Assembly: GCA_965222375.1 (NCBI GenBank)
Contig: CBDCTZ010000015.1
Location: forward strand, 480,001-544,000
Origin: Polyangiaceae bacterium
GTDB lineage: Bacteria > Myxococcota_A > Polyangia > Polyangiales > Polyangiaceae
Length of the DNA stretch: 64,000 nt
Direction: 5' to 3'
The position numbers and the translations under genes were made by a program. Each line of letters begins with the position of its first letter. The first letter of the stretch is position 1. The notes under the pieces are model-generated. The model worked only from the letters and a program-made list of their open reading frames with translations, searched no databases and was not told the DNA's origin. Shown one piece after another: positions 27,473 through 36,133 of the stretch.

Positions 27473-28402
27473 ATGGTAGTTTCGAGAGCCGCAGTGTCGA
27501 TCACGGCTGCCAAAACGGAGCGCTGCGCACTGAGGGCGACCACGTCTATCCGTCGTGGCTCAGCCACTCTGCTCATCCTCTGCGCAGCCTGCGCACCCAG
27601 CGCCAAATCCCACGCCAATCATTCGGGCGAGCAGCCACCCCAGGTCCCTGAGTGCGACCCCAACGCCCCTCGCCCGCCACTTCAACAGCGAATGGCATTG
27701 GCGCTCTCGGAACTGTCCCAAGCCGCGCGCACCAACAAGTTCTGGGGCGCGGACCAGACGCTGCAGGCACTGATGGGCGACACCGGCGACCAGAAGACCA
27801 CTCCGCACCGCGACGGCTGGGACAGCAGCGGGCGGCATGCGCTAGCCTACATGATCGCCAAGTGGGCAGATCGCGCGTCAAAGAAACTCGAGGCCAAGAG
27901 CTCAGACGGCCGAGTCACCGCGCCGCATTCGGGACCCACCAGCCACGAACCCAAAGCGTTGATGATGTGCGCGGTGAACCGCTTCGTCCTCGGGCTCGGT
28001 GACAGCAGCGATGCCCAAGCTTGCTTCGCCAAGCCAAGCGACGAAGACCTTGCCGGAGCGGCAACCGAGATCGGTACGCCAACGGACGCGGCCCGCGCGG
28101 AGTTGGTCAAGCAGCAAGTCGACAGGTGCACGTTCGTCGAAAGCGTCGGGGAACTCGACGCGAGCGCGAAACCGTTCCTGAAGTTCACGGAGATCTCCCG
28201 CATTGGCAGCATGTGGCGCTCGGATCTGGAGCGCGTGCACTTCGCCCGCTTTCGTTGCCCGAGCTCCCAGGCAATCTTCGCGTTCTCCGAGGAGAAGGAC
28301 TGCGAATTCGAAATCCTCGGCTACCGCTTCGTGCAGGACGCCCATGCCGACAAAAGCGCTGAACAACTCGAGCTGGTGCTGGTCGCTCTGGGAGCGCTGT
28401 AG
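27473..28402 (+). CDS. Hypothetical lipoprotein (start uncertain)
   Basis: 3' part of the 1062-aa ORF; LLILCAAC lipobox-like segment followed by globular sequence. Confidence 0.6.
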   Translation: MVVSRAAVSITAAKTERCALRATTSIRRGSATLLILCAACAPSAKSHANHSGEQPPQVPECDPNAPRPPLQQRMALALSELSQAARTNKFWGADQTLQALMGDTGDQKTTPHRDGWDSSGRHALAYMIAKWADRASKKLEAKSSDGRVTAPHSGPTSHEPKALMMCAVNRFVLGLGDSSDAQACFAKPSDEDLAGAATEIGTPTDAARAELVKQQVDRCTFVESVGELDASAKPFLKFTEISRIGSMWRSDLERVHFARFRCPSSQAIFAFSEEKDCEFEILGYRFVQDAHADKSAEQLELVLVALGAL

Positions 28403-28577
28403 GCCTCGGCGCTCACCACGTATCAGGGTTGCCCCCGAGCAGCCTGCGGGCCTGGGATTGGTTGGGGTCGCGGCCCTGCTACAGTGAGGGCCACTACTCT
28501 CGAACTATGCCACGCTGTGGCGCCGGCTCCGGGTAGCCGAATGGAACAACGGGTTCGGCGCCGACGGTGTCCAAGCG

Positions 28578-29441
28578 ATGCAAGCGGCGCCAATTGCGGG
28601 TAGAGTTTCCAGGTTGCCTTTGCATTCCTTGAACCGACGCTGCTGGGCACTCCTGAGCGGAGTAGGCCTGCTCGCTTGCCAATCCGTGCTGGGGATCGAG
28701 GACCCCAAGCTGGACGAGGGCGACGCGTCTGCGGGTGGTGGCGCGGCGGGCTCAGCCGGTAGCGGGGCCACGGCTGGAGGTGGCGCTTCTGGCGCAAGCG
28801 GTATCGGGGGAAGCGGCGCGAGCGGGGGCAGCGCGGGCGGAGCGGCGACAGGCGGCTCCGCAGGAGCGACAGGTGGCACCGCCGGGACCGCGGCGACAGG
28901 TGGCAGCGGTGGCGCGACGGGCGGCGCTGGCGGCGCGACAGGCGGCACGGGTGGTGCGACGGGCGGGACCGGTGGCGCAACGGGGGGCACCGGCGGTACC
29001 GGTGGCCTGACTTGCGGTCAGAGCCCAACACCGCCGGGTGGCGCATGCCCAAGCGTATGTACCGGTGGTTGCTCACCCGCGAACAAGTGCACGATCCATT
29101 GCACGGGCCAAGCGTCCTGCATCAACGCCACAGCCGTCACTTGCCCCACGGGATTCGAGTGTCAGGTCGTTTGCTCTGGAAAAGACAGCTGTCGCGGCAC
29201 GACCGTTTCATGCCCAGCGTCATCGACCTGCAGAGTCACATGCATCGGCGAAGCATCGTGCCAGGACTCGATGGTCAAGTGCGGCGACGGAGTATGCATT
29301 CTCGCTTGCGCCAGCGGAAACAACTCCTGCACCGGGACCCAGTTGCTGTGTGGCAGCAACCGTTGCCAGCCTAGTTGTGGGGGGAACGCGGTAGCAATCG
29401 ACTGCACCAACGCGCCCTGCAATGGCTGCCCGACCTGCTAG
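28578..29441 (+). CDS. Gly-tethered Cys-rich lipoprotein (CQSVLGIE N-terminus; C-x3-C-x-G-x2-SC repeats)
   Basis: Lipobox LLAC; GGATGGT tether; repeated CxxxCxGxxSC solenoid-like units. Confidence 0.82.
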   Translation: MQAAPIAGRVSRLPLHSLNRRCWALLSGVGLLACQSVLGIEDPKLDEGDASAGGGAAGSAGSGATAGGGASGASGIGGSGASGGSAGGAATGGSAGATGGTAGTAATGGSGGATGGAGGATGGTGGATGGTGGATGGTGGTGGLTCGQSPTPPGGACPSVCTGGCSPANKCTIHCTGQASCINATAVTCPTGFECQVVCSGKDSCRGTTVSCPASSTCRVTCIGEASCQDSMVKCGDGVCILACASGNNSCTGTQLLCGSNRCQPSCGGNAVAIDCTNAPCNGCPTC

Positions 29442-29578
29442 CTCACCACTTTGGTTGTCAGGGGCGCACTACGTAGGTGTGACTCGCACCCCGGAGCGAA
29501 ACGCCTCGTTGGAGCGCGCAAAAGTCCGCGATGCTGTCCTTGGCGCTCGCACGCTGCGCCGGTTAGACTCCTGGTAGC

Positions 29579-30376
29579 TTGGTTCACTCTGCGTTCCTTC
29601 GTTGCCTCGGCGCGGCCGCCGCTGCCATCGTGGCACTGTCTTGCCAATCGGTTCTGGGTATCGAAGAGCCAACTCTGGATGAGTCTGACGGCGCGGCCGC
29701 GGGGGGCTCCGCAGGCGCAGCGGCCGGAAGTGCCGGTGGCTATGCGGGCTCCGGCTCCGGAGGCACCGCCGCAGCTGGGGGTGCAAGTGGTAGCTCTGGA
29801 AGCGGAAACACAGCGGGTGCTGCATCCGGAGGAACGCCGGCAAGCGGCGGCACACCGGCAACGGGGGGCGCGTCCGCAACAGGTGGCACGCCCGCAACGG
29901 GGGGCGCGCCCGCAACGGGGGGCACATCCGCAACGGGCGGCACGCCGGCAACGGGGGGCGCGCCCGCAACGGGTGGCACGGGGGGTGGGGCGACCGGTGG
30001 AAGTGGTGGTTCCGCCGCCGATTGTCCATCGACCCATCCGGGCAATGGAAACGGCTGCTCATCTTGGGGGCGAAACTGCGAGTACGGCAACGCCCAGTGC
30101 ACGTGTTTCAGCAACCATTGGAAGTGCAACGCTTGCCCGGACTCCCAGCCCAGCTTCGCAAGTCCTTGCTCTTCGCCAAAGAGCTTGTGTCGCTACGGCG
30201 CACGGACATGCGCGTGCAATTCCTACTACGGCGGTTGGAACTGCCTAAGCTGTCCGGACTCGAAGCCTTCGAGTGGCAGCAACTGCAATGCAGCCGGTGA
30301 TGTGGTGTGCATCTATGGCGCTTCACAATGCACCTGCAGTCAGAACGGTACGAAAGCCCGTTGGCAGTGCCCCTAG
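29579..30376 (+). CDS. Gly-tethered Cys-rich lipoprotein (CQSVLGIE N-terminus; three CPxxxP...CxYG...CxC...WxC modules)
   Basis: Lipobox ALSC; PATGG repeats; three Cys modules. Confidence 0.85.
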   Translation: MVHSAFLRCLGAAAAAIVALSCQSVLGIEEPTLDESDGAAAGGSAGAAAGSAGGYAGSGSGGTAAAGGASGSSGSGNTAGAASGGTPASGGTPATGGASATGGTPATGGAPATGGTSATGGTPATGGAPATGGTGGGATGGSGGSAADCPSTHPGNGNGCSSWGRNCEYGNAQCTCFSNHWKCNACPDSQPSFASPCSSPKSLCRYGARTCACNSYYGGWNCLSCPDSKPSSGSNCNAAGDVVCIYGASQCTCSQNGTKARWQCP

Positions 30377-30639
30377 GTGAAGCCCGCGCCACGCTCATCC
30401 GGGTTTCGGCATGGCGCAGACCTTTGGCGCTAGCAGTGCCAATGACCTATATTCACGACATACGCCCCCCTTGTCTCTTCTATGCGTACTGGCTTCGCTC
30501 GATGCAGCGGCAGTTTGCTCAAGCAAGTCCAAGTAGAACAACCCATCCGGCAGTGGCGGGACCGCTGGGGCGGTTGAGCGCGCGGTCCTGCGCCAGCTTG
30601 GCCTAGCGCGGGAGCAGCGGCCTAGTGTGCGCCAGGGCT

Positions 30640-30684
30640 CACCCCTTCGGGTGTTGCCCCTTCGGGCATTGCCCCGTCGGGCAT
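30640..30684. repeat. Three tandem 15-bp mini-hairpins (REP-like)
   Basis: CACCC-CTTC-GGGTG, TGCCC-CTTC-GGGCA, TGCCC-CGTC-GGGCA in a convergent intergenic gap. Confidence 0.75.
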
Positions 30685-30741
30685 CACGAAGCGCGTCACA
30701 AGCGCGTCGACTCCAAAAACCAAAACCGAACTGCTTGGGAG

Positions 30742-31323
30742 TCAGTATGGCCTTTTGCCGCTGAAGTTGCCGGGGGGGTCGTAGTTGCAGACCCAGAGCT
30801 CCCAGGAGCCACCGCCGAAGGGTGAACCTGTGGTGCAGGTCTTCTTGGCGCAACCGACGCGGGCGCTCGTTGCCCACACGACTTGGGTGTAGTGTCCGCA
30901 GACCTGGAAGCAGCTGTTGCTCGCGTAGTCGTAGTCCGCAGCTTCGCTCACCCAAGAGTCGACTACTTGCTTGGGCGTTGATGAGTTCGTGCTCGCGTAC
31001 AGGTTTTCGCCGTATTGGTTCTTGGAGTGGCCCCAGATGCACTTGTTCGCGTAGTCCTGGGCAACCTTGGCTAGGACACCAGACCAGGCCAGGGGTGGGA
31101 TTGGCGAGGACGCAGGTGGGCTCACCGCCGCGCGGGCGGCGTTGTGCGCAGCCGTCATGCCGTTCATGTCTGCAGGCTCCGTGTCGCCTGGATTGCCACT
31201 ACCGCCGAGCCCACCACCACCGGCTCCACCTCCTCCGCCGCCCCCGTCGTCGTCAGACCCACAGGAAACCAGGGTGGCGCTGAAGACTAGAGTCGCAGCA
31301 GCCAGAACTCGAGACGGTTTCAT
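30742..31323 (-). CDS. CAP/SCP (PR-1-like) domain lipoprotein
   Basis: Lipobox LVSC; HNAAR, LAWS, HS...GENLY, CGHYTQVVW, VGCA, CNYDPPGN. Confidence 0.95.
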   Translation of the reverse strand: MKPSRVLAAATLVFSATLVSCGSDDDGGGGGGGAGGGGLGGSGNPGDTEPADMNGMTAAHNAARAAVSPPASSPIPPLAWSGVLAKVAQDYANKCIWGHSKNQYGENLYASTNSSTPKQVVDSWVSEAADYDYASNSCFQVCGHYTQVVWATSARVGCAKKTCTTGSPFGGGSWELWVCNYDPPGNFSGKRPY

Positions 31324-31459
31324 ACGGCTCACGATAGCACGCGCTTGCCCCGATCTTTCGCGCGCCTCGAGGCGGGGCGCGCAAGCAGAACCCGACAATC
31401 CCCGCCAATTCGGCGGTTTCGCGTGACGCGGCTGGCGTTCTGTTTCAGGCTTGGGCCCG

Positions 31460-32371
31460 ATGGTTTCTTCACGGGTACTCGGTGCAGCGATCGCAATGGC
31501 GACGCTTTCGTTGGCTGGCTGCTCCGGCACCAGCGGCGGTGGGGGCGCAGTTGGCGGCAGCGCCGGCTTCGAGGCGGGCACGGGTGCGACGAGCGGAACT
31601 GGCGGAAGCGGCGCGACGAGTGGAACCGGCGGCGTCGTGCTCGAGGCGGGCACCGGCGGCACTCCGCCCACGGGCCCGTCGGAAGTCTTTGGTCACGGTC
31701 CGGACGATCTGTACCGCCTCGATCCCGACACCAATGCGGTGACCACCATCGGGCCATTTCAGGGCTGCTCGAGCGTGTGGGACATCGCCTTGGACAAAGA
31801 CTCCAACATGTTCGCGACGACCGAGAAGGGGCTGTATCGCATCGACACCAAGACCGCGAACTGCCAGCTAGTCGCCTCCGGAGGGCCGTTCCCCAACAGC
31901 CTCTCCTTCGTGCCCCAGGGCACCTTGGACCCCAGCGCGGAAGCGTTGGTGGGCTACGAAAATACCGACTACGTACGGATCGACACGGCGAGCGGCGCGA
32001 TCACAGTGGTCAAGGCAGGAGCACTGATTGGCGGTCTGATCTCCAGCGGCGACGTGGTCTCGGTGATCGGCGGCGGCACCTATCTGACCGTCAAGGGCGG
32101 GCAGTGCGACAAGCTCGACTGCATCGTGGAGATCGATCCCAAGACGGGCACGGTGTTGACGAATCTCGGCAGCGTTGCCCACGACGGCGTCTTCGGCTTG
32201 GGCTTCTGGGCCGGCAAGGCCTACGGCTTCACAACCGCGGGCGAGCTCTTCGCAATCACCTTCCAGGGCACGAGCAACCAAACGACACCCATCGCAATCC
32301 CAAACGCGCCCGCCGGATTGAAGTTCTGGGGCGCGGGCAGCACCACGAGCGCGCCGCCGGTGCCACGCTGA
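31460..32371 (+). CDS. Gly-tethered beta-propeller lipoprotein
   Basis: Lipobox LAGC; repeated LYRLDP/LYRIDT/YVRIDT/VEIDP blades; WGAGSTT C-terminus. Confidence 0.8.
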   Translation: MVSSRVLGAAIAMATLSLAGCSGTSGGGGAVGGSAGFEAGTGATSGTGGSGATSGTGGVVLEAGTGGTPPTGPSEVFGHGPDDLYRLDPDTNAVTTIGPFQGCSSVWDIALDKDSNMFATTEKGLYRIDTKTANCQLVASGGPFPNSLSFVPQGTLDPSAEALVGYENTDYVRIDTASGAITVVKAGALIGGLISSGDVVSVIGGGTYLTVKGGQCDKLDCIVEIDPKTGTVLTNLGSVAHDGVFGLGFWAGKAYGFTTAGELFAITFQGTSNQTTPIAIPNAPAGLKFWGAGSTTSAPPVPR

Positions 32372-32437
32372 ACAGGTCGCACAGCTCGAATTTTCGGCGC
32401 CCACTGGCCCAAAGGGTCTGATAGGTTTGTGGGACCG

Positions 32438-32995
32438 ATGCGGACTGCACTTGTGTTTTTGTCTTGTGCGCTGTTCATCAGCACGGGCTGCGACGAGAAG
32501 AAGAAACCGCTGCCGAGCGCTCCGGAAAAGACCGCCTCGGCAAAGCCCAAAGCCTCGGCGGTCGTGGAGGAGCAACCGACCCAAGTGGCTTTGCCCCCCG
32601 GCGTCACCGCATACCCGGACGCGGACGCGCCACCGCCGGCGCGGGAACCTCGCACGGGCGTATGCAGTTTCTTCGAGTCCAGCTACGACGGCATGAACTC
32701 GAAGAGTACGGAGAAGCTGGTCATCAAGGTGAAGGAGGATCGCATCGTGGGAGCCAAGTACTCCTACCGAGGGTCCTATGCGCTTGATGGTGAAAAAGAG
32801 GACTTGAACATGCCGCTGACGGAAGACAGCTGGGTATCCCTCGAAATGAAGATGACGAGTGGTACCAAGAAGTTCGAGTTCAAGATCAAAGAAGACGTAA
32901 TGGACCTGAAGGGCACGGCTGCCTCCGACGCGCAGGGCGACTGCGCGTGGGAGGACTTAGACCGCAAAGACAAGCGCCGAATGCGCAAGAAGTGA
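32438..32995 (+). CDS. Lipoprotein of unknown function
   Basis: Lipobox STGC, Pro/Ala linker, beta-rich domain. Confidence 0.75.
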   Translation: MRTALVFLSCALFISTGCDEKKKPLPSAPEKTASAKPKASAVVEEQPTQVALPPGVTAYPDADAPPPAREPRTGVCSFFESSYDGMNSKSTEKLVIKVKEDRIVGAKYSYRGSYALDGEKEDLNMPLTEDSWVSLEMKMTSGTKKFEFKIKEDVMDLKGTAASDAQGDCAWEDLDRKDKRRMRKK

Positions 32996-33047
32996 GCAGG
33001 CGCGTGGCAGTTCCGCGCGCCTGTGACGCGGTGCTGGGGCATCGACA

Positions 33048-33308
33048 CTAGCTACGCGGCTCAGCGGTTGTATCTACGACGACGTCGGACGACTCCGGCT
33101 CTTTGTCGGAATCCTCGTCAATCTTCGAGACCCGTTCGGCCAGAGTGCCCAGGGCCGTCGCCGTCAGCTCGAGCGTGCGAGCACTGGTCTCGACAGACGC
33201 GCGCGCAACATGCAGGCCATAACGCGCCCAGGCTGCGCCTACGCGGGTGAGGGCGTCAGCGATTTGTTCGTAGTCGTTGCGGTCATGGGTTTCGGTTTGG
33301 GTGTTCAT
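33048..33308 (-). CDS. Small amphipathic helical protein
   Basis: ATG with GGAG RBS; 86 aa, helical; 25 nt downstream of the RHH gene. Confidence 0.65.
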   Translation of the reverse strand: MNTQTETHDRNDYEQIADALTRVGAAWARYGLHVARASVETSARTLELTATALGTLAERVSKIDEDSDKEPESSDVVVDTTAEPRS

Positions 33309-33333
33309 GGTTTTCTCCGGTGTTGGGATCGCG

Positions 33334-33855
33334 TCAGCGACCTTTGGGGTTGGGGCTGCTCTCGCCGCCCGGCATACATTCTTCGCAAACGAAACGCGGA
33401 CGGCCGGGCTCGGCAGTCACGACGAGGCCGGCGTCGTCACCCTTGGCCAGCGCGGCGTCGCATTGCGCACACTTGCTGCGCGCTGCCATCACCACTGGCT
33501 GGTACGCAATCGCGTCTGCCAGGGGCGCCGGCTTGACCTTGGTGCGAATACGGTCCCGCTCGTCGTGCACGGTCTTGGCCGCGCGAGACAGGCGGTCTTC
33601 GACTTTCTCCGAAGCACGGTCGGCGATGGTGACGGCATCTTCGAGAATGGTGCGCACCAGGTTCGATACGGGCACCCGCAGGGCGCGCGCCGCGCTCTTG
33701 AGCTCAGCTTCGAGCACCGCGGGAATGCGGGTGTGCAGCACTCGCTCTTTCTTCGGGGTGTCATCCTTCGCCGAGTCCCCCGAGTCCGGGGCGGAGTCGG
33801 GTGCGGAATCCGGGGCCTTGTCGTTGTCTTCGTCGCGTGTCACGTCGTGATACAT
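33334..33855 (-). CDS. Ribbon-helix-helix DNA-binding protein with C-terminal CxxC...CxxC zinc finger
   Basis: RVLHTRIPAVLEAELKSAARALRVPVSNLVRTILEDAV (RHH pattern); CAQC and CEEC. Confidence 0.78.
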   Translation of the reverse strand: MYHDVTRDEDNDKAPDSAPDSAPDSGDSAKDDTPKKERVLHTRIPAVLEAELKSAARALRVPVSNLVRTILEDAVTIADRASEKVEDRLSRAAKTVHDERDRIRTKVKPAPLADAIAYQPVVMAARSKCAQCDAALAKGDDAGLVVTAEPGRPRFVCEECMPGGESSPNPKGR

Positions 33856-33872
33856 GTGTCACGACGTGATAC
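33837..33872. promoter_or_regulatory. Doubled palindromic operator GTGTCACG(T/A)CGTGATAC over the RHH start codon
   Basis: Two 17-bp near-palindromes spaced 19 bp apart, plus a partial third copy (GTGTCA at 33873). Confidence 0.7.
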
Positions 33873-34020
33873 GTGTCAAATACATTTCCAAATTTGTGAC
33901 TATTTCCGCTAACCAATGATGTTTCCAGTTAGTCTTACGACTAACTTTTCTGCCTGAGTGGCAACGGACTTGGCCCGAGGCGGGGCGGGATCGATACGAT
34001 TTCAATCGAGGAAACAACCC

Positions 34021-34458
34021 ATGAACGCCATGCTCGATATGCCCCCGGTCCGTGAAGTGCGCAGAACCGCCCGAATCAGCTGCCAGGTGGTTCGTTTGCG
34101 GGACTTTCGGCTCGTTGCGGACCAAATCCTGGACATCTCGGAGCACGGAATGCTCGTGGGTCCAGCCGACCCCGTGCTCACTGGGGACGAGGTCATCATC
34201 TCGTTTCAACCGCCTGGGCTCTTGGATTACATCGACGCCGAAGCCGTGGTTGCCCGCATCGTGCACGGACGTCGGCCCGGCGAGACCCGCAGGGAGCTGG
34301 GCCTAGAGCTGAGTTACGCCGATCGCTTCACCCGCAAGCTGCTCAAGGCCTTCTCGAGGCGGCTGCCCCCAGTCCCGCCGCGGTTTCGGCAGGGGATCTG
34401 GCGGGGCAAATCCCGAGTACCCGTGTTTTCCGCGCTGGCCCCCCTGCTCGTGGCCTGA
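34021..34458 (+). CDS. PilZ domain protein
   Basis: REVRR/RRTAR (RxxxR) and DISEHG (DxSxxG) motifs; GAGG RBS. Confidence 0.85.
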   Translation: MNAMLDMPPVREVRRTARISCQVVRLRDFRLVADQILDISEHGMLVGPADPVLTGDEVIISFQPPGLLDYIDAEAVVARIVHGRRPGETRRELGLELSYADRFTRKLLKAFSRRLPPVPPRFRQGIWRGKSRVPVFSALAPLLVA

Positions 34459-34487
34459 CCCAACACAACGGCCTGCGGACGACCGTC

Positions 34488-34579
34488 TGTGGATAGCTTG
34501 GGGGCAAAGTGCGGTTAGATTCGTGCGTCTTTACGGGAGGTTGCCGTCCGCTGACAACCTTGCCCCAATGTTTTCCACA
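34488..34579. promoter_or_regulatory. Inverted pair of DnaA-box-like 9-mers framing an imperfect inverted repeat
   Basis: TGTGGATAG (34488) and TTTTCCACA (34571), with inner TTGGGGGCAA/TTGCCCCAA arms. Confidence 0.45.
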
Positions 34580-34655
34580 GCTTGGCGCGGCATCGACGCG
34601 TTTGGGCTGAACACGGTCGCGCCGCACCGAAATCGCGCATCCCGGGGCGCTGAGT

Positions 34656-35435
34656 TCAGCAACCGGGGCACGCAGCGAACAGACACTGATTGACGGCGTC
34701 GAAGGCGGGCTTTCCGGCGGGGTTGCTACTGATGCAGTTCTGGACGCAGACCGAGTCACCGGGCGGGCAGCCCTGGGCGCAGGTCAAGATCGCGATGCAA
34801 GAGGAGTTCGCTTGGCAGGCAGCAGCCGGCGCCGCGCAGGGGCCACCCAACGCACCCTGGAGGCAGTTGAGGCAACTCGAGCCCCCGGTGCCTCCTGAGC
34901 CGCCAAGTGCACCAAAGCCGCCGGTCGCGCCAACTCCGCCGGTTGCACCGATGCCACCTGTCGCCCCAATGCCACCCGTGGCCCCGATACCACCCGTGGC
35001 TCCGATGCCCCCCGTCGCGCCAACGCCCCCCGTTGCGCCAACGCCCCCCGTCGCGCCAACGCCCCCCGTTGCGCCAACGCCCCCCGTTGCGCCAACGCCC
35101 CCCGTCGCTACAACGCCGCCTGTGGCGCCAACTCCGCCGCTCGCAGAAACGCCGCCCTGACCACCGAAGGCGCCAAATCCACCGCTGTTGCCGACGCCAC
35201 CGGAAGCGGCACCACCAACGGCGCCTGCTCCGCCGCTACCGGAAGCTGCGCCTACGCCTCCGGTACCCGAAACCTGCTCGCAGACGCCGCTGGCGTTGCA
35301 AACGAAACCTGTGGGGCAGGTGCCTCCGTCGACACAAAAGGCGGCTCCGCCTCCGCCCACACCGCCGCTGCTGCAGCCCAGGGCAACCGTCAGCGACACG
35401 AATAGGGTGCCAGAGCCAAATACGCTTCTAGCCAT
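34656..35435 (-). CDS. Lipoprotein with (GATGG[VI])n tether and C-terminal Cys-rich helical domain
   Basis: Lipobox ALGC, small Cys knot, about 11 hexapeptide repeats, 12-Cys C-terminal domain. Confidence 0.85.
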   Translation of the reverse strand: MARSVFGSGTLFVSLTVALGCSSGGVGGGGAAFCVDGGTCPTGFVCNASGVCEQVSGTGGVGAASGSGGAGAVGGAASGGVGNSGGFGAFGGQGGVSASGGVGATGGVVATGGVGATGGVGATGGVGATGGVGATGGVGATGGIGATGGIGATGGIGATGGIGATGGVGATGGFGALGGSGGTGGSSCLNCLQGALGGPCAAPAAACQANSSCIAILTCAQGCPPGDSVCVQNCISSNPAGKPAFDAVNQCLFAACPGC

Positions 35436-35523
35436 TTTCGCCCACTACGCCGTTCGGCAGCAGGCCTCCCCTGCGGCCAGAAAAAATTGCTTCCAATGTT
35501 TTGCGGGCTTTGCCAGACGCGTT

Positions 35524-35557
35524 TCGGCGCGCCCAACCGAAAGGTGGGACGCGCCGA
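35524..35557. terminator. GC-rich hairpin between the two paralogous lipoprotein genes
   Basis: TCGGCGCG-CCCAACC-GAAA-GGTGGG-ACGCGCCGA; no clear U-tract. Confidence 0.45.
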
Positions 35558-35581
35558 TGTGACCAATGACTCAGCGGTGAA

Positions 35582-36052
35582 TCAGAGGCCGCACTCAACC
35601 TTGCACTTGGACTGCAAGCACGCGATTACACCCTGAAAAACTTGAACCCCCGCTGGATTGTTGCTGATGCAATTCTGAAGACAGGTCCCATCACCGGCAC
35701 AGCCGTTCGCACAGGTCAGCAGCTTGTTGCAGTCTGGGCTCGCGGTGCAGGCGTCGTTCTCCGCCTTGCACTGCGTGCTGCCACAGTTCACGCAGTCTTG
35801 GCCAACGCCACCATCCGTTGCTCCGGTCCCACCAGCTGCGGCGGTACCGCCCGCACCACCGCTGGCGCCAACGCCACCCGTTGCAGAGCCCGCCGAACCG
35901 GCTTGGCCGCCACTCGCACCGAACGCACCGACGCCGCCGGTGCCCGAACCGCCAGCCCCGCTGCCACCGGTACCCGTGCCACCGCCATCGTCATCGCTGC
36001 TGCAAGCCAGAACCATGAGAGACGCGGCAAAAACAAAAGACACGGAACGCAT
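35582..36052 (-). CDS. Gly-tethered lipoprotein with the same Cys-rich domain as 34656-35435
   Basis: GGAGGAG RBS, lipobox VLAC, shared C[VL]QNCISxNPAG motif. Confidence 0.85.
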   Translation of the reverse strand: MRSVSFVFAASLMVLACSSDDDGGGTGTGGSGAGGSGTGGVGAFGASGGQAGSAGSATGGVGASGGAGGTAAAGGTGATDGGVGQDCVNCGSTQCKAENDACTASPDCNKLLTCANGCAGDGTCLQNCISNNPAGVQVFQGVIACLQSKCKVECGL

Positions 36053-36133
36053 GAGTGACTCCTCCTGTTAGGCGGCCAGGAAGGTAGCAGCGGTTCGGAC
36101 GACGTTCAACCATTAGGAGCCGCGAACAGTCGT

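Noticed and set aside
28505..28990. Pro-rich minus-strand ORF (similar cases at 29740, 34690, 52872, 63522)
   Set aside because: Reverse complement of Gly-tether codons
34488..34579. Replication origin
   Set aside because: Only two boxes, no AT-rich unwinding element, and no dnaA/dnaN/gidA nearby
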